Source: Gammaproteobacteria bacterium (GTDB lineage Bacteria > Pseudomonadota > Gammaproteobacteria > Ga0077536). From it: a DNA stretch of 64,000 nucleotides. Under the pieces are notes generated by a model that worked only from the letters and a program-made list of their open reading frames with translations, was not told the DNA's origin and searched no databases. The translations under genes and the position numbers were made by a program. The stretch covers positions 32,001 to 96,000 of the forward strand of contig CAXXLL010000002.1 in assembly GCA_963662545.2 (NCBI GenBank), read 5' to 3'. Shown here piece by piece: positions 21,060 to 32,041 of the stretch; the stretch's first letter is position 1; each line of letters starts with the position of its first letter.

Positions 21060-22756
21060 GTGTGCATCCCTAAACGCGATGCGGTTGAAATAAAAAGGAA
21101 AATTTGTCGCTTAAGGGATCGAAACCTCCGGTGGGTCGTGATCTAATGGAACTTCAAACCTCTGATTTTCCACACAATCATCGACACCACAGGAGGGGGA
21201 ATGCGTCAGAAACGCACGGCCCAAGCGAGTATATACGAGCTGTTTGCTGACCATGACCTGGGGCGAGAGCTGCAGGGCATGTCCGAGTGGCTCGATGCTC
21301 ACCCCAAGGTCCTCACGCCGGTCATGAACGATCTGTGTCGGCGGGGTTTGAAGCCCACCGGTCGACGCGGACTGTCGGCGGAGTCGGTGCTGCGCTGCGC
21401 GGTGCTCAAGCAGCACCGGCAATTGAGTTACGAGGAGCTGGCCTTTCACCTGCAGGACTCGGCGAGCTTTCAGGCCTTCGCCCGGTTGCCGGGTAATGAA
21501 CGTCCGAAGAAGTCTGCCTTACAGCGGGTGGTCTCGGCGATCCAGGTATCGACGTGGGAGTCTATTCATCGCGCCCTGCTGGCGACGGCGAAAGAGACGC
21601 GCATTGAGCCGGCACAGCGTGTACGGATTGATAGCACGGTAACGGACAGTGCCATCCACGCGCCGAGCGACAGTCATCTGCTGTGGGATGGCGTGCGTGT
21701 TGTGGTTCGTCTGCTCGCACAGGCGCGCGAGTTGCCTGGCGCGCCGGAGTTGTGCTTCGTGAACCACACTCGATTGGCGAAGAAGCGTGCGCGGGCGCTG
21801 TGGTATGCGCGTGGTGCGAAGCAACGCCAACGTCTGTATCGCGATTTGATTGGGGCGACGCGTTCAACCTTGGAAGCGGTAGCGAGGGTACGTGAGCAGC
21901 TGCTGAGCCCGGGCGTCACCGGCGTTGAACTGCCGGACTGGCTAGCGCAGGTAGCGCACTACGAAACACTTGTTCTGCAGGTGATTTCGCAAACTGAGCG
22001 GCGGGTGTTCGGCGGTGAGAAGGTCCCCGCGAGCGAGAAGTGCGTGAGCTTGTTCGAGCCGCATACCGACATCATCATAAAGGGTGCGCGCGACGTTCAG
22101 TACGGACACAAAATCAATCTGGCTTCGGGGCGCAGTGGCCTCATCCTCGACGTGGTCATCGAGCGAGGCAATCCGGTCGATAGTCAGCGCTTCATGCCGA
22201 TGCTCGAACGGCATCGAACACACTACGGGACGATGCCACGACAGGTCGCCGCCGATGGCGGCTATGCGAGCCTCGACAATCTCCGGGCGGCGAAAGCAGA
22301 AGGCATCGAAGACGTTGCCTTCCACAAGAAGCGCGGGCTCGCGATCGCCGACATGGTCAAGAGTCAGTGGGTCTATCGACGCTTGCGCAACTTCCGCGCC
22401 GGCATCGAGGCCGGTATCTCCTGCCTGAAGCGTGCATACGGATTGGCACGTTGCACCTGGAAGAGCCTGCCGCACTTCGAAGCCTACGTGTGGTCTTCTG
22501 TGGTCGCCTACAACCTCAGCCTGCTCGCGCGCTATCAACTCGAATAGCGACGTTCACTCGCACTAACTGACCTCCTCGATATCGTCGAACGGGCGACTTT
22601 GGGTTGCAGCGCTCTGCGGCCGGCGAACGTACTCACAATTACGCTCGAAGAGCCCTTCGACCCCCACCGAACCGCCGCTACCGCTCCAACAACCTACTTT
22701 CAACACCTCGATTTCTCCGTGCCCATCGAAGAAAATGCCTGTTTATGGACGGACAC
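21060..22756 (+). mobile_element. ISNCY-like insertion sequence, copy 1 (1697 bp)
   Basis: Ends GTGTGCATCCCTAAAC / GTGTCCGTCCATAAAC; 6-bp target duplication TAGCTA at 21054-21059 and 22757-22762; second copy at 59519-61215. Confidence 0.9.
21201..22547 (+). CDS. DDE transposase (ISNCY/IS5-like)
   Basis: RIDSTV, AADGGY, RAGIEAGISCLKR. Confidence 0.9.
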   Translation: MRQKRTAQASIYELFADHDLGRELQGMSEWLDAHPKVLTPVMNDLCRRGLKPTGRRGLSAESVLRCAVLKQHRQLSYEELAFHLQDSASFQAFARLPGNERPKKSALQRVVSAIQVSTWESIHRALLATAKETRIEPAQRVRIDSTVTDSAIHAPSDSHLLWDGVRVVVRLLAQARELPGAPELCFVNHTRLAKKRARALWYARGAKQRQRLYRDLIGATRSTLEAVARVREQLLSPGVTGVELPDWLAQVAHYETLVLQVISQTERRVFGGEKVPASEKCVSLFEPHTDIIIKGARDVQYGHKINLASGRSGLILDVVIERGNPVDSQRFMPMLERHRTHYGTMPRQVAADGGYASLDNLRAAKAEGIEDVAFHKKRGLAIADMVKSQWVYRRLRNFRAGIEAGISCLKRAYGLARCTWKSLPHFEAYVWSSVVAYNLSLLARYQLE

Positions 22757-23892
22757 TAGCTAAGCTTGCAATGCTGACCACCGGATGCACACCGACCAGG
22801 GACAGGCCGGCCAGTACGCACATCAGACCGATGGCTTCAGCCGCGTTTGAGGGGTCGACGACGAAGGCGAAATCCATCACGCGCACGGTGGCCGCGATCC
22901 CGGCCGACAACATCGCAGCGCCTAGAAATAGCGCGAATTCAGCGCCCATGCCGGACAGTTCGAAGGTCAGATGATGGCGCAGGAGATCCCGTGTCTGGCC
23001 GGGAGGTTCGCGCACACGCATCAGAAAAAAGCAGCCCGCGGCAGCGATCACGATGATCGTGAGAATGGACAACGAGGCCGGGATTGCGTGCAGCGCGAAT
23101 ACCAGCACAGCCAGCAACAGGGGCACGGTCAGCGCTTCGGCGTGGATCGGAAAGCCGACGAATTCATCGATCCCGGCGTCGGCTTTGAGGTCCCAGGCGC
23201 TGTAGGCGATCAGAAAGGCGGCGAGTAAGAAGTTATGGCTGGCGACCGCGAAGACGTCCACATTCGGTACGTACAGCACCACCACGCCCATCGACGCAAA
23301 AAATGGCGACCAACAGGCGCCGGCGACGAACGCACGGCTGACGACTTTGGCCTGTAAGGGCGTCAGAGAGCCGTCGCGCGAGATGCGTTGGCCGACGATG
23401 TAAGTCGCAGAGATATTGATAACAGCGCCGAGCAGATGCGTGGCCAGCAGCGTTTGCCCGATAGCGCCTGTACCGCGAGGCAACGATTCCCCAACGTGTG
23501 CGCCGGTGCGGGTAACGAGGCGCAGAAACGTAACCATCGCGAGCATTGCCAGGATCGCCTGGTTGCCTTCGATCAATTGCGGCCACCAGCCGAAATCCCC
23601 CGAGGTACTGGCCAAGAGGATTCCGGCGAGACCGGCCAGACACATGATCGCGACCTGGATCCGCTGGAAGTTGACCACGCCCGCGAACAAAAGGGCGCCG
23701 ACTGCCCAAGCCAGAAGACCAGCCGGCCAGGCGGGAAAGGCATCGCCTGCGATGCCGTGTATGACAGACAGCGCGATCATCAGGCAGATGAGCGCACCTG
23801 CGAGGCGCGCCCGCGGGCGCGCCGTTAACGGTGTGCTCACCGAACCGAACGATCTTGGCTGATGCGCGCCGTCCATGGAGCACTGCTGATGT

Positions 23893-24714
23893 TCAATGCA
23901 GCTTCATGTCGCGTCCAATGGTGGCCGCGATTTCTTCGATGGAGACGGTCGTGGTGTCGATGTACTGAATATTCTGGGCTTCGAAAAGGGCTTCGGCCCT
24001 GGCGACCTCCGAGCGGCATTGCGCGAGCATCGCGTAATTCCCGTGCGGCCGGCGTTCACGCCGAATACGGCTCAACTGTTCCGGAACAATGGTCAATCCG
24101 TAGAGCTTGTCGCGGCAGGGCTGCAGGGTTTTCGGCAGCGAATCGTCCTTCAACTCGTCGTCCGTGAGCGGATAGTTGGCGGCCTTCAGTGAATAATGCA
24201 TGGCGAGATATAAACAGGTGGGTGTCTTACCCGAGCGAGACACGCCGACCACTATGATGTCCGCGTCATGCAGATCCCGCGGGCTCAATCCGTCGTCATG
24301 ATTCAAGGTGAAGTTCAGGGCCTTGACGCGGCGTTCATAAGTACGGGAGTCGCCAATGCCGTGCATGCGGCCGGCCGTATGGGATGACTGCCGGCCGAGG
24401 ATTTCCTCAAGCGGTTCGATGAAAGTGCCGAATAAATCGAATACGCATTCACTGCTTTCGGCTATGATTTTCTGAATGGTCGGATCGGTAAGCGTACTGA
24501 AGACCAGCGGGGGCGTTTCGTCCTCGGCCGCTGCACTGTGGATCGTCGCCGCTGCGTTTCGGGCGACCAGTTCATTGGTGATGAACGGGATATTTGTGCG
24601 CATGAATTCGAAATCCGGAAACTGCGTAAGCAGGCTTTCGCCAAGCATTTCCGCAGTGATTCCCGTGCGATCTGATACGAAGAAAACGCGGCGTTTCATC
24701 AGTTCCGGGGACAT
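23893..24714 (-). CDS. ppsR: PEP synthase regulatory protein (kinase/pyrophosphorylase)
   Basis: VSDRTGITAE, HDDG, GVSRSGKTPTCLYLA; divergent from ppsA. Start codon uncertain. Confidence 0.92.
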   Translation of the reverse strand: MSPELMKRRVFFVSDRTGITAEMLGESLLTQFPDFEFMRTNIPFITNELVARNAAATIHSAAAEDETPPLVFSTLTDPTIQKIIAESSECVFDLFGTFIEPLEEILGRQSSHTAGRMHGIGDSRTYERRVKALNFTLNHDDGLSPRDLHDADIIVVGVSRSGKTPTCLYLAMHYSLKAANYPLTDDELKDDSLPKTLQPCRDKLYGLTIVPEQLSRIRRERRPHGNYAMLAQCRSEVARAEALFEAQNIQYIDTTTVSIEEIAATIGRDMKLH

Positions 24715-24980
24715 GCGTGACTCGGGTACAATTGCCAACTTGTTGCTGGTGGTCAAACCAGCCGACCTTATGTCACAACACCGTGTGCCAAGTTAAGGAA
24801 CCTCTGAATAAGTCATGGCACATCTGCCTTGCGCCTGAAATCGCGGAGCCTTACGTTACGAATCTTAGCCCTAGTTCCCGCTATGGCCGGCGCTTCGTGC
24901 CTTGATCTGCACCATTGCGTGAACCATTCAGACGCACCAGGACTTATTCGAAAGTTCCATAAGGTCGAACGAATACCGTA

Positions 24981-27347
24981 ATGAGCGATTATATCGTGTC
25001 TCTGGAAGACGTGGGCATGGCCGACGTCGAAAAAGTCGGCGGTAAAAATGCGTCCCTCGGTGAAATGATTAAGAACCTCACCGACGCCGGCGTGCGCGTG
25101 CCCCCAGGATTTGCAACGACCGCACAAGCTTTTCGCGACTTTTTAAATCACAAGGGCCTGGACCAGCGCATTAAAGAGCGCCTCGCTAGTTTCGAAATGA
25201 ACGACATTGCCGAACTTTCGAAAGCAGGTAGGGAGATTCGCGAATGGGTATCCGATACACCGTTCTCCACGCGGCTGCAATCGGAGATTGAACAAGCCTA
25301 CGACACGCTCGTCAATGGTGTGGGCGGAGAATTATCCGTCGCGGTTCGCTCGTCGGCAACCGCCGAAGACCTACCTCAGGCGTCTTTCGCCGGGCAGCAG
25401 GAAACTTTTCTAAACGTCTCTGGAATCGAGCAGGTGACGCTGCGTATCAAGGACGTCTTTGCGTCGTTGTTTAACGACCGTGCCATCTCCTATCGCGTAC
25501 ACCACGGATTCGATCATCACAAGGTGGCGTTGTCCGCGGGCGTGCAGCAGATGGTTCGCAGCGATCTCGGCGCCAGCGGCGTTATGTTCACGCTCGATAC
25601 CGAGACCGGCTTCCGCGATGTCGTATTTATTACGGCGAGTTATGGTCTCGGCGAAACGATCGTGCAGGGAGCCGTCAACCCCGACGAGTTTTACGTCTAC
25701 AAACCGGCCTTGCTGCAAGGGCGTAAGGGGATTCTGAGACGCAATCTCGGTAGCAAACACCTGCAGATGGTCTATGCCGAGCGGGCGGGAAAGGACGGTC
25801 AGAGTGTGCTGACGCGCGCGGTCGACGAGGCTCACAGCCGGCGCTTTTGTCTGCGCGACGACGACGTCGAGAGACTTGCGAGGTTGGCTATCGAGATCGA
25901 GTTGCACTACGGGGGACCGATGGATATCGAGTGGGCCAAGGACGGTAATGACGGTGAATTCTATATCGTCCAGGCGCGGCCAGAGACGGTGCAGAGCCGC
26001 GGCGGCCAAACTATCGAGCGCTTTGAGCTGAAGGCGACCAGCACAGTCCTGGCTGAGGGTCGCAGTATTGGCCAGAAGATCGGCGTCGGTACCGCCAAGA
26101 TGATCGCCAGCGTCGAACAGATGGACACGCTTCGCGACGGCGAGGTGCTGGTGACAGATATGACCGATCCCGATTGGGAGCCCATCATGCAGCGGGCATC
26201 AGCCATCGTCACCAACCGCGGCGGGCGCACCTGCCACGCCGCCATCATCGCGCGTGAACTCGGCGTGCCAGCCATCGTTGGCTGCGGAAACGCAACCGAA
26301 AGCATTAGTGATGGGCAGGAAGTAACGGTGTCGTGCTCGAGTGGTGATACGGGTTACGTCTACGAGGGCGCGCTTGAATTCGAGCGCCAGGAAGTCGAAC
26401 TCGACGCCATGCCGGAAGTCGGTGTCAAGATCATGATGAACGTCGGCAATCCCGATCGCGCGTTCGCGTTTGCATCCCTGCCGCACAGGGGCGTGGGACT
26501 TGCGCGGCTCGAGTTCATCATCAATCGTATGATCGGGATCCATCCCCGCGCCCTGCTGGAATTCAACAGCCTGCCCGACGATCTGCGAGCAACCATTGCC
26601 CCGCTCATTTCCGCTTACGATAGTCCGCGCGATTTCTTCGTCAAGCGGCTGGTCGAAGGTGTGGCCACGATCGCGGCTGCATTTGCGCCTGAACCCGTGA
26701 TCGTGCGCCTGTCCGATTTCAAATCAAACGAATACGCAAATCTCGTCGGCGGTCGGCGTTACGAACCGGACGAAGAAAATCCCATGCTGGGATTGCGCGG
26801 CGCGTCACGCTACGTCTCGGATTCCTTTAGGGCCTGTTTCGAAATGGAATGCGAAGCGCTGCGCTTTGTACGTAACGAGATAGGTTTGACCAACGTGCAA
26901 TTGATGGTGCCCTTTGTCCGAACTACGCAAGAAGCGGCGGCAGTCGTCGAACTACTCGCGGCAAATGGCCTTGGGCGCGGCGAGAACGGTTTGACTGTCG
27001 TGATGATGTGCGAGTTACCATCAAACGCGGTCCTGGCCCGGGAATTCTTAAAGTACTTCGACGGATTTTCAATCGGATCCAACGATCTCACGCAGTTGAC
27101 GCTTGGCCTTGACCGCGATTCGGGCCTGGTGGCCGATCGATTCGATGAGCGTGACGCCGCCGTCAAGGCGTTGATGCACGCGGCGATTGTGGCCTGCCGG
27201 GATGCGGGGAAATATGTCGGGATCTGCGGACAGGGACCCAGTGATCACGAAGACCTTGCCGAATGGCTGCTGGACGAGGGCATTGATAGCATTTCTCTCA
27301 ATCCCGACACGGTCGTGCAGACCTGGTTGAAACTCGCCAATCGTTGA
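24981..27347 (+). CDS. ppsA: Phosphoenolpyruvate synthase
   Basis: [46 protein letters not shown]. Confidence 0.97.
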   Translation: MSDYIVSLEDVGMADVEKVGGKNASLGEMIKNLTDAGVRVPPGFATTAQAFRDFLNHKGLDQRIKERLASFEMNDIAELSKAGREIREWVSDTPFSTRLQSEIEQAYDTLVNGVGGELSVAVRSSATAEDLPQASFAGQQETFLNVSGIEQVTLRIKDVFASLFNDRAISYRVHHGFDHHKVALSAGVQQMVRSDLGASGVMFTLDTETGFRDVVFITASYGLGETIVQGAVNPDEFYVYKPALLQGRKGILRRNLGSKHLQMVYAERAGKDGQSVLTRAVDEAHSRRFCLRDDDVERLARLAIEIELHYGGPMDIEWAKDGNDGEFYIVQARPETVQSRGGQTIERFELKATSTVLAEGRSIGQKIGVGTAKMIASVEQMDTLRDGEVLVTDMTDPDWEPIMQRASAIVTNRGGRTCHAAIIARELGVPAIVGCGNATESISDGQEVTVSCSSGDTGYVYEGALEFERQEVELDAMPEVGVKIMMNVGNPDRAFAFASLPHRGVGLARLEFIINRMIGIHPRALLEFNSLPDDLRATIAPLISAYDSPRDFFVKRLVEGVATIAAAFAPEPVIVRLSDFKSNEYANLVGGRRYEPDEENPMLGLRGASRYVSDSFRACFEMECEALRFVRNEIGLTNVQLMVPFVRTTQEAAAVVELLAANGLGRGENGLTVVMMCELPSNAVLAREFLKYFDGFSIGSNDLTQLTLGLDRDSGLVADRFDERDAAVKALMHAAIVACRDAGKYVGICGQGPSDHEDLAEWLLDEGIDSISLNPDTVVQTWLKLANR

Positions 27348-27387
27348 AACCGGCGCTGGAGAAGGGATCAGTTCGCGCTTAAATCGA

Positions 27388-28101
27388 TCAAATAAAATCC
27401 TCTAGCATCTGTCTCTCGTCTTCGGAAATTTCAGTGTTTTGCAAGCGATTCCGAATCATCAAGTCGTCGATCTTGCCCGCATCAATAAGATAGCGTTTTT
27501 CGTCTGGCAGCAGGTTATCCAAGAAAAACAGGTTGCCGGGCGGTACGACTTCCTCATCGACGATCATGTGGATTTCGTCAATCATCATGCGCAGATCGCC
27601 GATGGGACTCTCCACGCGAGCCGTTGCGAACGCTTCCGTGGCGATTCCACCTGCGTAAACCGAGTGGACCTCCATTTTGTAACTGATCAGCAGTGACGGG
27701 TCTGCATCATCGCTCAGCGCTTTTTCGATGTTTTCGAGCCGTGGCACCATCAATTCACGCAGCGTCGCGAGAATATCCGGGTCTTCGAGATACTCGGAGT
27801 AGATGTCGACGACGTTGTCGATGTCGAGCTGCTTGTAGGCGTCAGTGGAGAACAGTTCATTGCGCCTGTACGACAGGAGTTTGTATGACGTAAAGCCGAT
27901 CACCGACAAGATGTCCGTCAGTTCGCGAATGTTTTTGTTGAATCCGAGGGCGCATACGAGCTGTGAGTGGTTGAGATCGAGCTGCGCGGCAGCGTGATTG
28001 ATCTTCTTGATGAAATCGCTGTCGCTGCTCGGTTTCAGCCGATAAAAATGCTTGACAAGATCTGCGTCGGAAGCCGTGAGAATATCGCGAAATGAAGGCA
28101 T
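27388..28101 (-). CDS. Hypothetical protein, paralog of 28132-28863
   Basis: 237-aa ORF collinear with its neighbour (ILTAS, QLVCAxGFN, IGFxSY, FF.D..LP.EKR, ER..LED). Confidence 0.8.
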   Translation of the reverse strand: MPSFRDILTASDADLVKHFYRLKPSSDSDFIKKINHAAAQLDLNHSQLVCALGFNKNIRELTDILSVIGFTSYKLLSYRRNELFSTDAYKQLDIDNVVDIYSEYLEDPDILATLRELMVPRLENIEKALSDDADPSLLISYKMEVHSVYAGGIATEAFATARVESPIGDLRMMIDEIHMIVDEEVVPPGNLFFLDNLLPDEKRYLIDAGKIDDLMIRNRLQNTEISEDERQMLEDFI

Positions 28102-28131
28102 TGTTAACTCTGTGTTGTTGGTTTTTATCGG

Positions 28132-28863
28132 CTACGTATCGAGCAGCTTTATTTGATCTTCCAGCACGGCGCGTTCCTGCTCGGAGACGGTAGGGTCGTC
28201 GAGCCTGGACAGCACCAGTTCGCGCGGGATCAGTCCGCGTATCATGAGCCTTCGCTTTTCCTCCGGCAAGATAGAGTCTCGGAAGAAAATGTCACCCACC
28301 GGAATCATCCGGCTCTCGACGATCAAGGCAACTTCGTTGAGGAGCGCGCGAAAGCCGCTGTGGGTCTTGCTCAGTCGCTCTTCGGCGAAATCGATCTGCG
28401 CAACGCCATCATTATAAATCGCACGCATTTCCTTTTTGTAGCGGTCAATCACCATGGAATTGACCGTCGCCTCTATTCGTTTCTCTAGCCGATCGAGTCG
28501 CCGGGTCAGCAGGTGCTGGATGATTTCCAGCAGCGGTAGGTGGTTGGCCACGTGAACGTAGATTGCGAGTACGTCCCTGATACCGAGCTGCTGATAAATA
28601 TCGGTAGTGAACGCCTGATTGCGCTCACGTGCCAGCGCTTCGTAGGAATCAAAGCCTATAACAGCAAGCACGTCGGACAATCCCTGAATTTGTGCATTGA
28701 AACCGACTGCGCAGACGAGTTGCGGATAAGTCAGACCGAGGTTTTTGGCGGTTTTCTTGGCGCGGCTGGAGTCAGCGCTTTCGTCCTGAGTGGACGATGA
28801 CTTGTACAGCGTTTTCAGTAGATCCTCACTGCTCGCGGTTAGGATCTCCTCGAATCGGCTCAT
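28132..28863 (-). CDS. Hypothetical protein, paralog of 27388-28101
   Basis: 243-aa ORF with the same conserved blocks as its neighbour. Confidence 0.8.
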   Translation of the reverse strand: MSRFEEILTASSEDLLKTLYKSSSTQDESADSSRAKKTAKNLGLTYPQLVCAVGFNAQIQGLSDVLAVIGFDSYEALARERNQAFTTDIYQQLGIRDVLAIYVHVANHLPLLEIIQHLLTRRLDRLEKRIEATVNSMVIDRYKKEMRAIYNDGVAQIDFAEERLSKTHSGFRALLNEVALIVESRMIPVGDIFFRDSILPEEKRRLMIRGLIPRELVLSRLDDPTVSEQERAVLEDQIKLLDT

Positions 28864-28909
28864 CTCCGTCGCACAAACTCATTGGGGGTGCGGGGATGAT
28901 AGCACCCTA

Positions 28910-30054
28910 AATAGGTGTTCCAAAAACTCGATCAAATAAAAAGAACTCAGGTGACATTCAGAGATCAGAGGTTGTATCGAGCAATCTACGTTCCCGAAAG
29001 AGGTCACCTGAGTATGGATAGTTTAGTGTCATTGACGCGCTCACAGAAACGTCGCTTTAAGCGGTTGATTCAACGCAGCGATAACGGGCGGGTGGTTCGC
29101 CGCGCTCAAGTCCTGTTGCAGTTAGTTTCAGGCGTCTCACCGACGGCCGTGTCACGCAGTTTGTCGGTCGCGCGTTCAACGGTTTATCGATGGGTCACGC
29201 AATTCCAGACCGCGGGTGAAGCCTTTCTCGAGGCGTGCGGCTCGGGCCGGCGGGCGTATACGGTGGATGACACCCTGTTGGAGACGCTCGCCGAGTTAGT
29301 TGAGCAGCCGCCCAGTGATTATGGCTACCTGCGCAGTACGTGGACGAGCGAGATGCTGGCCGAGACGCTGAATTCGTTGCTGTCACGGCCCATTCACGCC
29401 TCTACGGTACGTCGCTGGCTAGTTAATTTGGGATTCGGCTGGCGTCGTGCTCGTCCGACCTTACATCTGCGCGACCCACGGGCAGCCACGCGCCTGAAAG
29501 CCATTCATCGTGCGTTGTCTCGAGCCCCATCGGGGCATGAAGTGTTTTACGCCGATGAGGTCGATATCGACCTCAATCCCAAAATCGGTTTCCTTTGGTC
29601 TACTCAAGGTTGTCAACGTGCCATCCCCACGCCTGGGCAAAACCGGAAACGCTATCTGGCGGGCGCGCTGCACGCACGAACCGGTCGCGTTGCGTATGTC
29701 GAGGGCACACGGAAAAACAGCGACCTATTCCTTTGCCTGCTCGACCACCTGCGGCAAACTTACCGCGCCGCGCGTCGAATTATCTTGATCGTGGATAACT
29801 ACATCATCCACAAATGTCGCTTGGCACACGTCTGGCTAAAGCACAATCCGAAATTCCGATTGCTGTTCCAGCCGGCCTATCAGCCCTGGGTCAATGACAT
29901 TGAGAAACTCTGGAAACAGTTGCACGACAATGTCACCCGGAATCATCGTTACTCGACCATCGACCGTCTGATGGACGCAGTACGTGCCTTCATGCGTGCG
30001 GCAAGTCCATTCCCGGGAAACTGCCCGAGTGTCGCAAGATTTGGATCACCTATT
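28910..30054 (+). mobile_element. IS630 family insertion sequence
   Basis: Inverted ends AATAGGTGTTCCAAA / AATAGGTGATCCAAA flanked by duplicated TA (28908-28909, 30055-30056) within a CTAG site. Confidence 0.88.
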
Positions 30055-30057
30055 TAG
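29014..30057 (+). CDS. IS630 family transposase
   Basis: N-terminal HTH; YADE, IVDNY..H, P.Y.P..N.IE.LW DDE motifs; the stop codon uses the target TAG. Confidence 0.9.
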   Translation: MDSLVSLTRSQKRRFKRLIQRSDNGRVVRRAQVLLQLVSGVSPTAVSRSLSVARSTVYRWVTQFQTAGEAFLEACGSGRRAYTVDDTLLETLAELVEQPPSDYGYLRSTWTSEMLAETLNSLLSRPIHASTVRRWLVNLGFGWRRARPTLHLRDPRAATRLKAIHRALSRAPSGHEVFYADEVDIDLNPKIGFLWSTQGCQRAIPTPGQNRKRYLAGALHARTGRVAYVEGTRKNSDLFLCLLDHLRQTYRAARRIILIVDNYIIHKCRLAHVWLKHNPKFRLLFQPAYQPWVNDIEKLWKQLHDNVTRNHRYSTIDRLMDAVRAFMRAASPFPGNCPSVARFGSPI

Positions 30058-30234
30058 CAGCCTGTCGGACTTAGGAAGAATTGACTTGGGCGTTTCGATA
30101 ACGGTCCAGATGTGTCGTGGATCTGCGCAGCGTATTCCTGCGCTTCATCCATCCAGCACTTACGTCCTTGCTGGTTACCGAGACATCGCTGTACCGGCAA
30201 CAGTTTGCCGAAAACGGAAATCTGCAACATCAAA

Positions 30235-31377
30235 CTATTCCTCGACGTTCGGATCGGGCTCGACCCTTTTTTTTCTTCCAGAGCGTTCCGACCGCCGCAG
30301 CTCGCGTTGCAGCGTTCCGAAATGGCGGACCCAGGGCCTATTCACCATTATTGCGGGCGGGAGATCGGCGAGTCTGCGTTCAGCCGCAGCAGAATCCTCG
30401 TAAGATCCGACGACCGCACTGAACGGTTCGCGCGCGCGCGGGCGATGCAGAAAATAGGCCGAATCTTCGCCGCGCGCGTGCTGGCGCAACAGCAGTTTCA
30501 AGGCGACGGCGCTGCGGCTCGCGGCGACCTGCAGTGTGAAGTGGGCGTGCGGTTGTGCCTTGACCCACTCGACGCCGTGGATTGCGCCTGGGGACGATTC
30601 GGGCTCCGCTCGCTTTACGCCTGCGACGATGCTAGCGGTCGATACGGACGGTGCAGACGCCCGGGCGGGCAGGGATTCGAGCGCGCGCAAAGCCGGTTCG
30701 AAAGTAACGGCCGCGGCTTCGAACCAGGTTCGCGCGAGATCGGTTCGTTGCTTTTCGAGGTGCCATCGCGCCAGGTTGTATTGTGCCGGCGCGTATCCCT
30801 GCCGGGCTGCGCAATTAAGGTGGCGTTCGGCGCGCGCGGCCTGCTGTTCGCGTGCCGCATACCAGGTTCCCGCGGCAAAACATGCCAGAACGTGATCCGC
30901 TTCGGCCGCGCGGTCGAGCCATTCGAGCCCATCGGCGGTGTTCTGTCCCCTCTGGAGCAGGACTAGCCCCAGATTGTACTGTGCGTCGACGGCGCCTAAT
31001 TCGGCCGCCTTGCGCCACCAATTCAACGCCGCGGCCGAATCGGCTGTCACAGCGCGACCTTCGAAATACGCGTTTCCCAACGCCAGTGCCGCTTCCGCAC
31101 GGCCATCGCCGGCAGCTGCCTTCAGGCTCGTTACCGCCTGCTCAAGGTCGGCATTGTTGCGGCCTTCCAGGGTCAAGATTGCGAGGGCCAGTGCCGCTTC
31201 GATATCACCATTGCCGGCGGCCGACCGTAGTCGCGGCACGAGTTCGTCGAGAACGGGTGTCAGCGCGGTCCCGTGCCCTTCGTCCGCAGTGGATTGCGGC
31301 ACCTGCGCGAATCCGACGGGCGCCAGCGCCGCAGCTGCCAGCATCAAACAGAACGCGATCGCGTGCTTACGCGCCAT
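30235..31377 (-). CDS. Exported Sel1-repeat protein with C-terminal SPOR-like domain
   Basis: Signal peptide; repeated AAxxG...AQYNL units; C-terminal FTLQV...GSY...A...PWVR. Confidence 0.75.
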   Translation of the reverse strand: MARKHAIAFCLMLAAAALAPVGFAQVPQSTADEGHGTALTPVLDELVPRLRSAAGNGDIEAALALAILTLEGRNNADLEQAVTSLKAAAGDGRAEAALALGNAYFEGRAVTADSAAALNWWRKAAELGAVDAQYNLGLVLLQRGQNTADGLEWLDRAAEADHVLACFAAGTWYAAREQQAARAERHLNCAARQGYAPAQYNLARWHLEKQRTDLARTWFEAAAVTFEPALRALESLPARASAPSVSTASIVAGVKRAEPESSPGAIHGVEWVKAQPHAHFTLQVAASRSAVALKLLLRQHARGEDSAYFLHRPRAREPFSAVVGSYEDSAAAERRLADLPPAIMVNRPWVRHFGTLQRELRRSERSGRKKRVEPDPNVEE

Positions 31378-32032
31378 CGGCCTCGATACATTCGATGGAG
31401 TCATTTCGCGGAGAATTCACTCTCTTGCTTACAGGATGCAGATCAAAACTCGAATCGGGCGCCGGTTTGAGTACCGCGGCCAGCACCGACGGCTCCGCGG
31501 CGGCGTCGAGCCACAGATTATAATCGTCTCGCCGAACGACCACCGGCATGCGGTTGTGGACCTCGCTCAAGCGGCGGTTAGCGTCGCAGGTCAAAAGCGT
31601 GCAGCTTTCGATCACCTGGTCATCGCGCTGCCAGCGCTCCCACAAGCCCGCTATACCGAAACATCCGCCCGCCGCAGCATAGATGAAATAAGGCTGCTTG
31701 CCGCCTGGCCTGGCCTGCCATTCGTAGTAGCCGCCCGCCGGTACCAGGCAGCGCCGGCGGCGAAATGCCGCTCGAAAGGCAGGCTTCTCGGCTACCGTTT
31801 CGGAGCGGGCGTTGATCAAGCGGTTGCCTATCTTGGGATTCCGGCTCCACGAAGGGATGAGTCCCCATCTGACTTCGGCGGCAGTGCGCCCATGCTCCTC
31901 GTCACGAATGATCAGGACCGGTTGACTGGGCGCAATGTTATAGCGTGGCTGGACTCCAGCCACCGGCTCGATCTCGAATTCGGCGACAATCTCCGCGGCG
32001 TCGCTGTTCAGCATGAAGCGGCCGCACATCAT
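31367..32032 (-). CDS. SOS response-associated peptidase (SRAP/YedK family)
   Basis: MCGRF, YNIAPSQ, WGLIPSW, INARSET, YYEW, HNRMPV. Confidence 0.93.
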   Translation of the reverse strand: MMCGRFMLNSDAAEIVAEFEIEPVAGVQPRYNIAPSQPVLIIRDEEHGRTAAEVRWGLIPSWSRNPKIGNRLINARSETVAEKPAFRAAFRRRRCLVPAGGYYEWQARPGGKQPYFIYAAAGGCFGIAGLWERWQRDDQVIESCTLLTCDANRRLSEVHNRMPVVVRRDDYNLWLDAAAEPSVLAAVLKPAPDSSFDLHPVSKRVNSPRNDSIECIEADGA

Positions 32033-32041
32033 CGAAGGCGC

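Larger units (their letters stand above)
20824..23876 (-). pseudogene. Multi-pass membrane protein (transporter-like) interrupted by an IS
   Basis: Removing the IS and one TAGCTA copy restores ...GVHPVVSIASLASLFPPVVSHPDL... to the stop at 20824. Confidence 0.8.
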
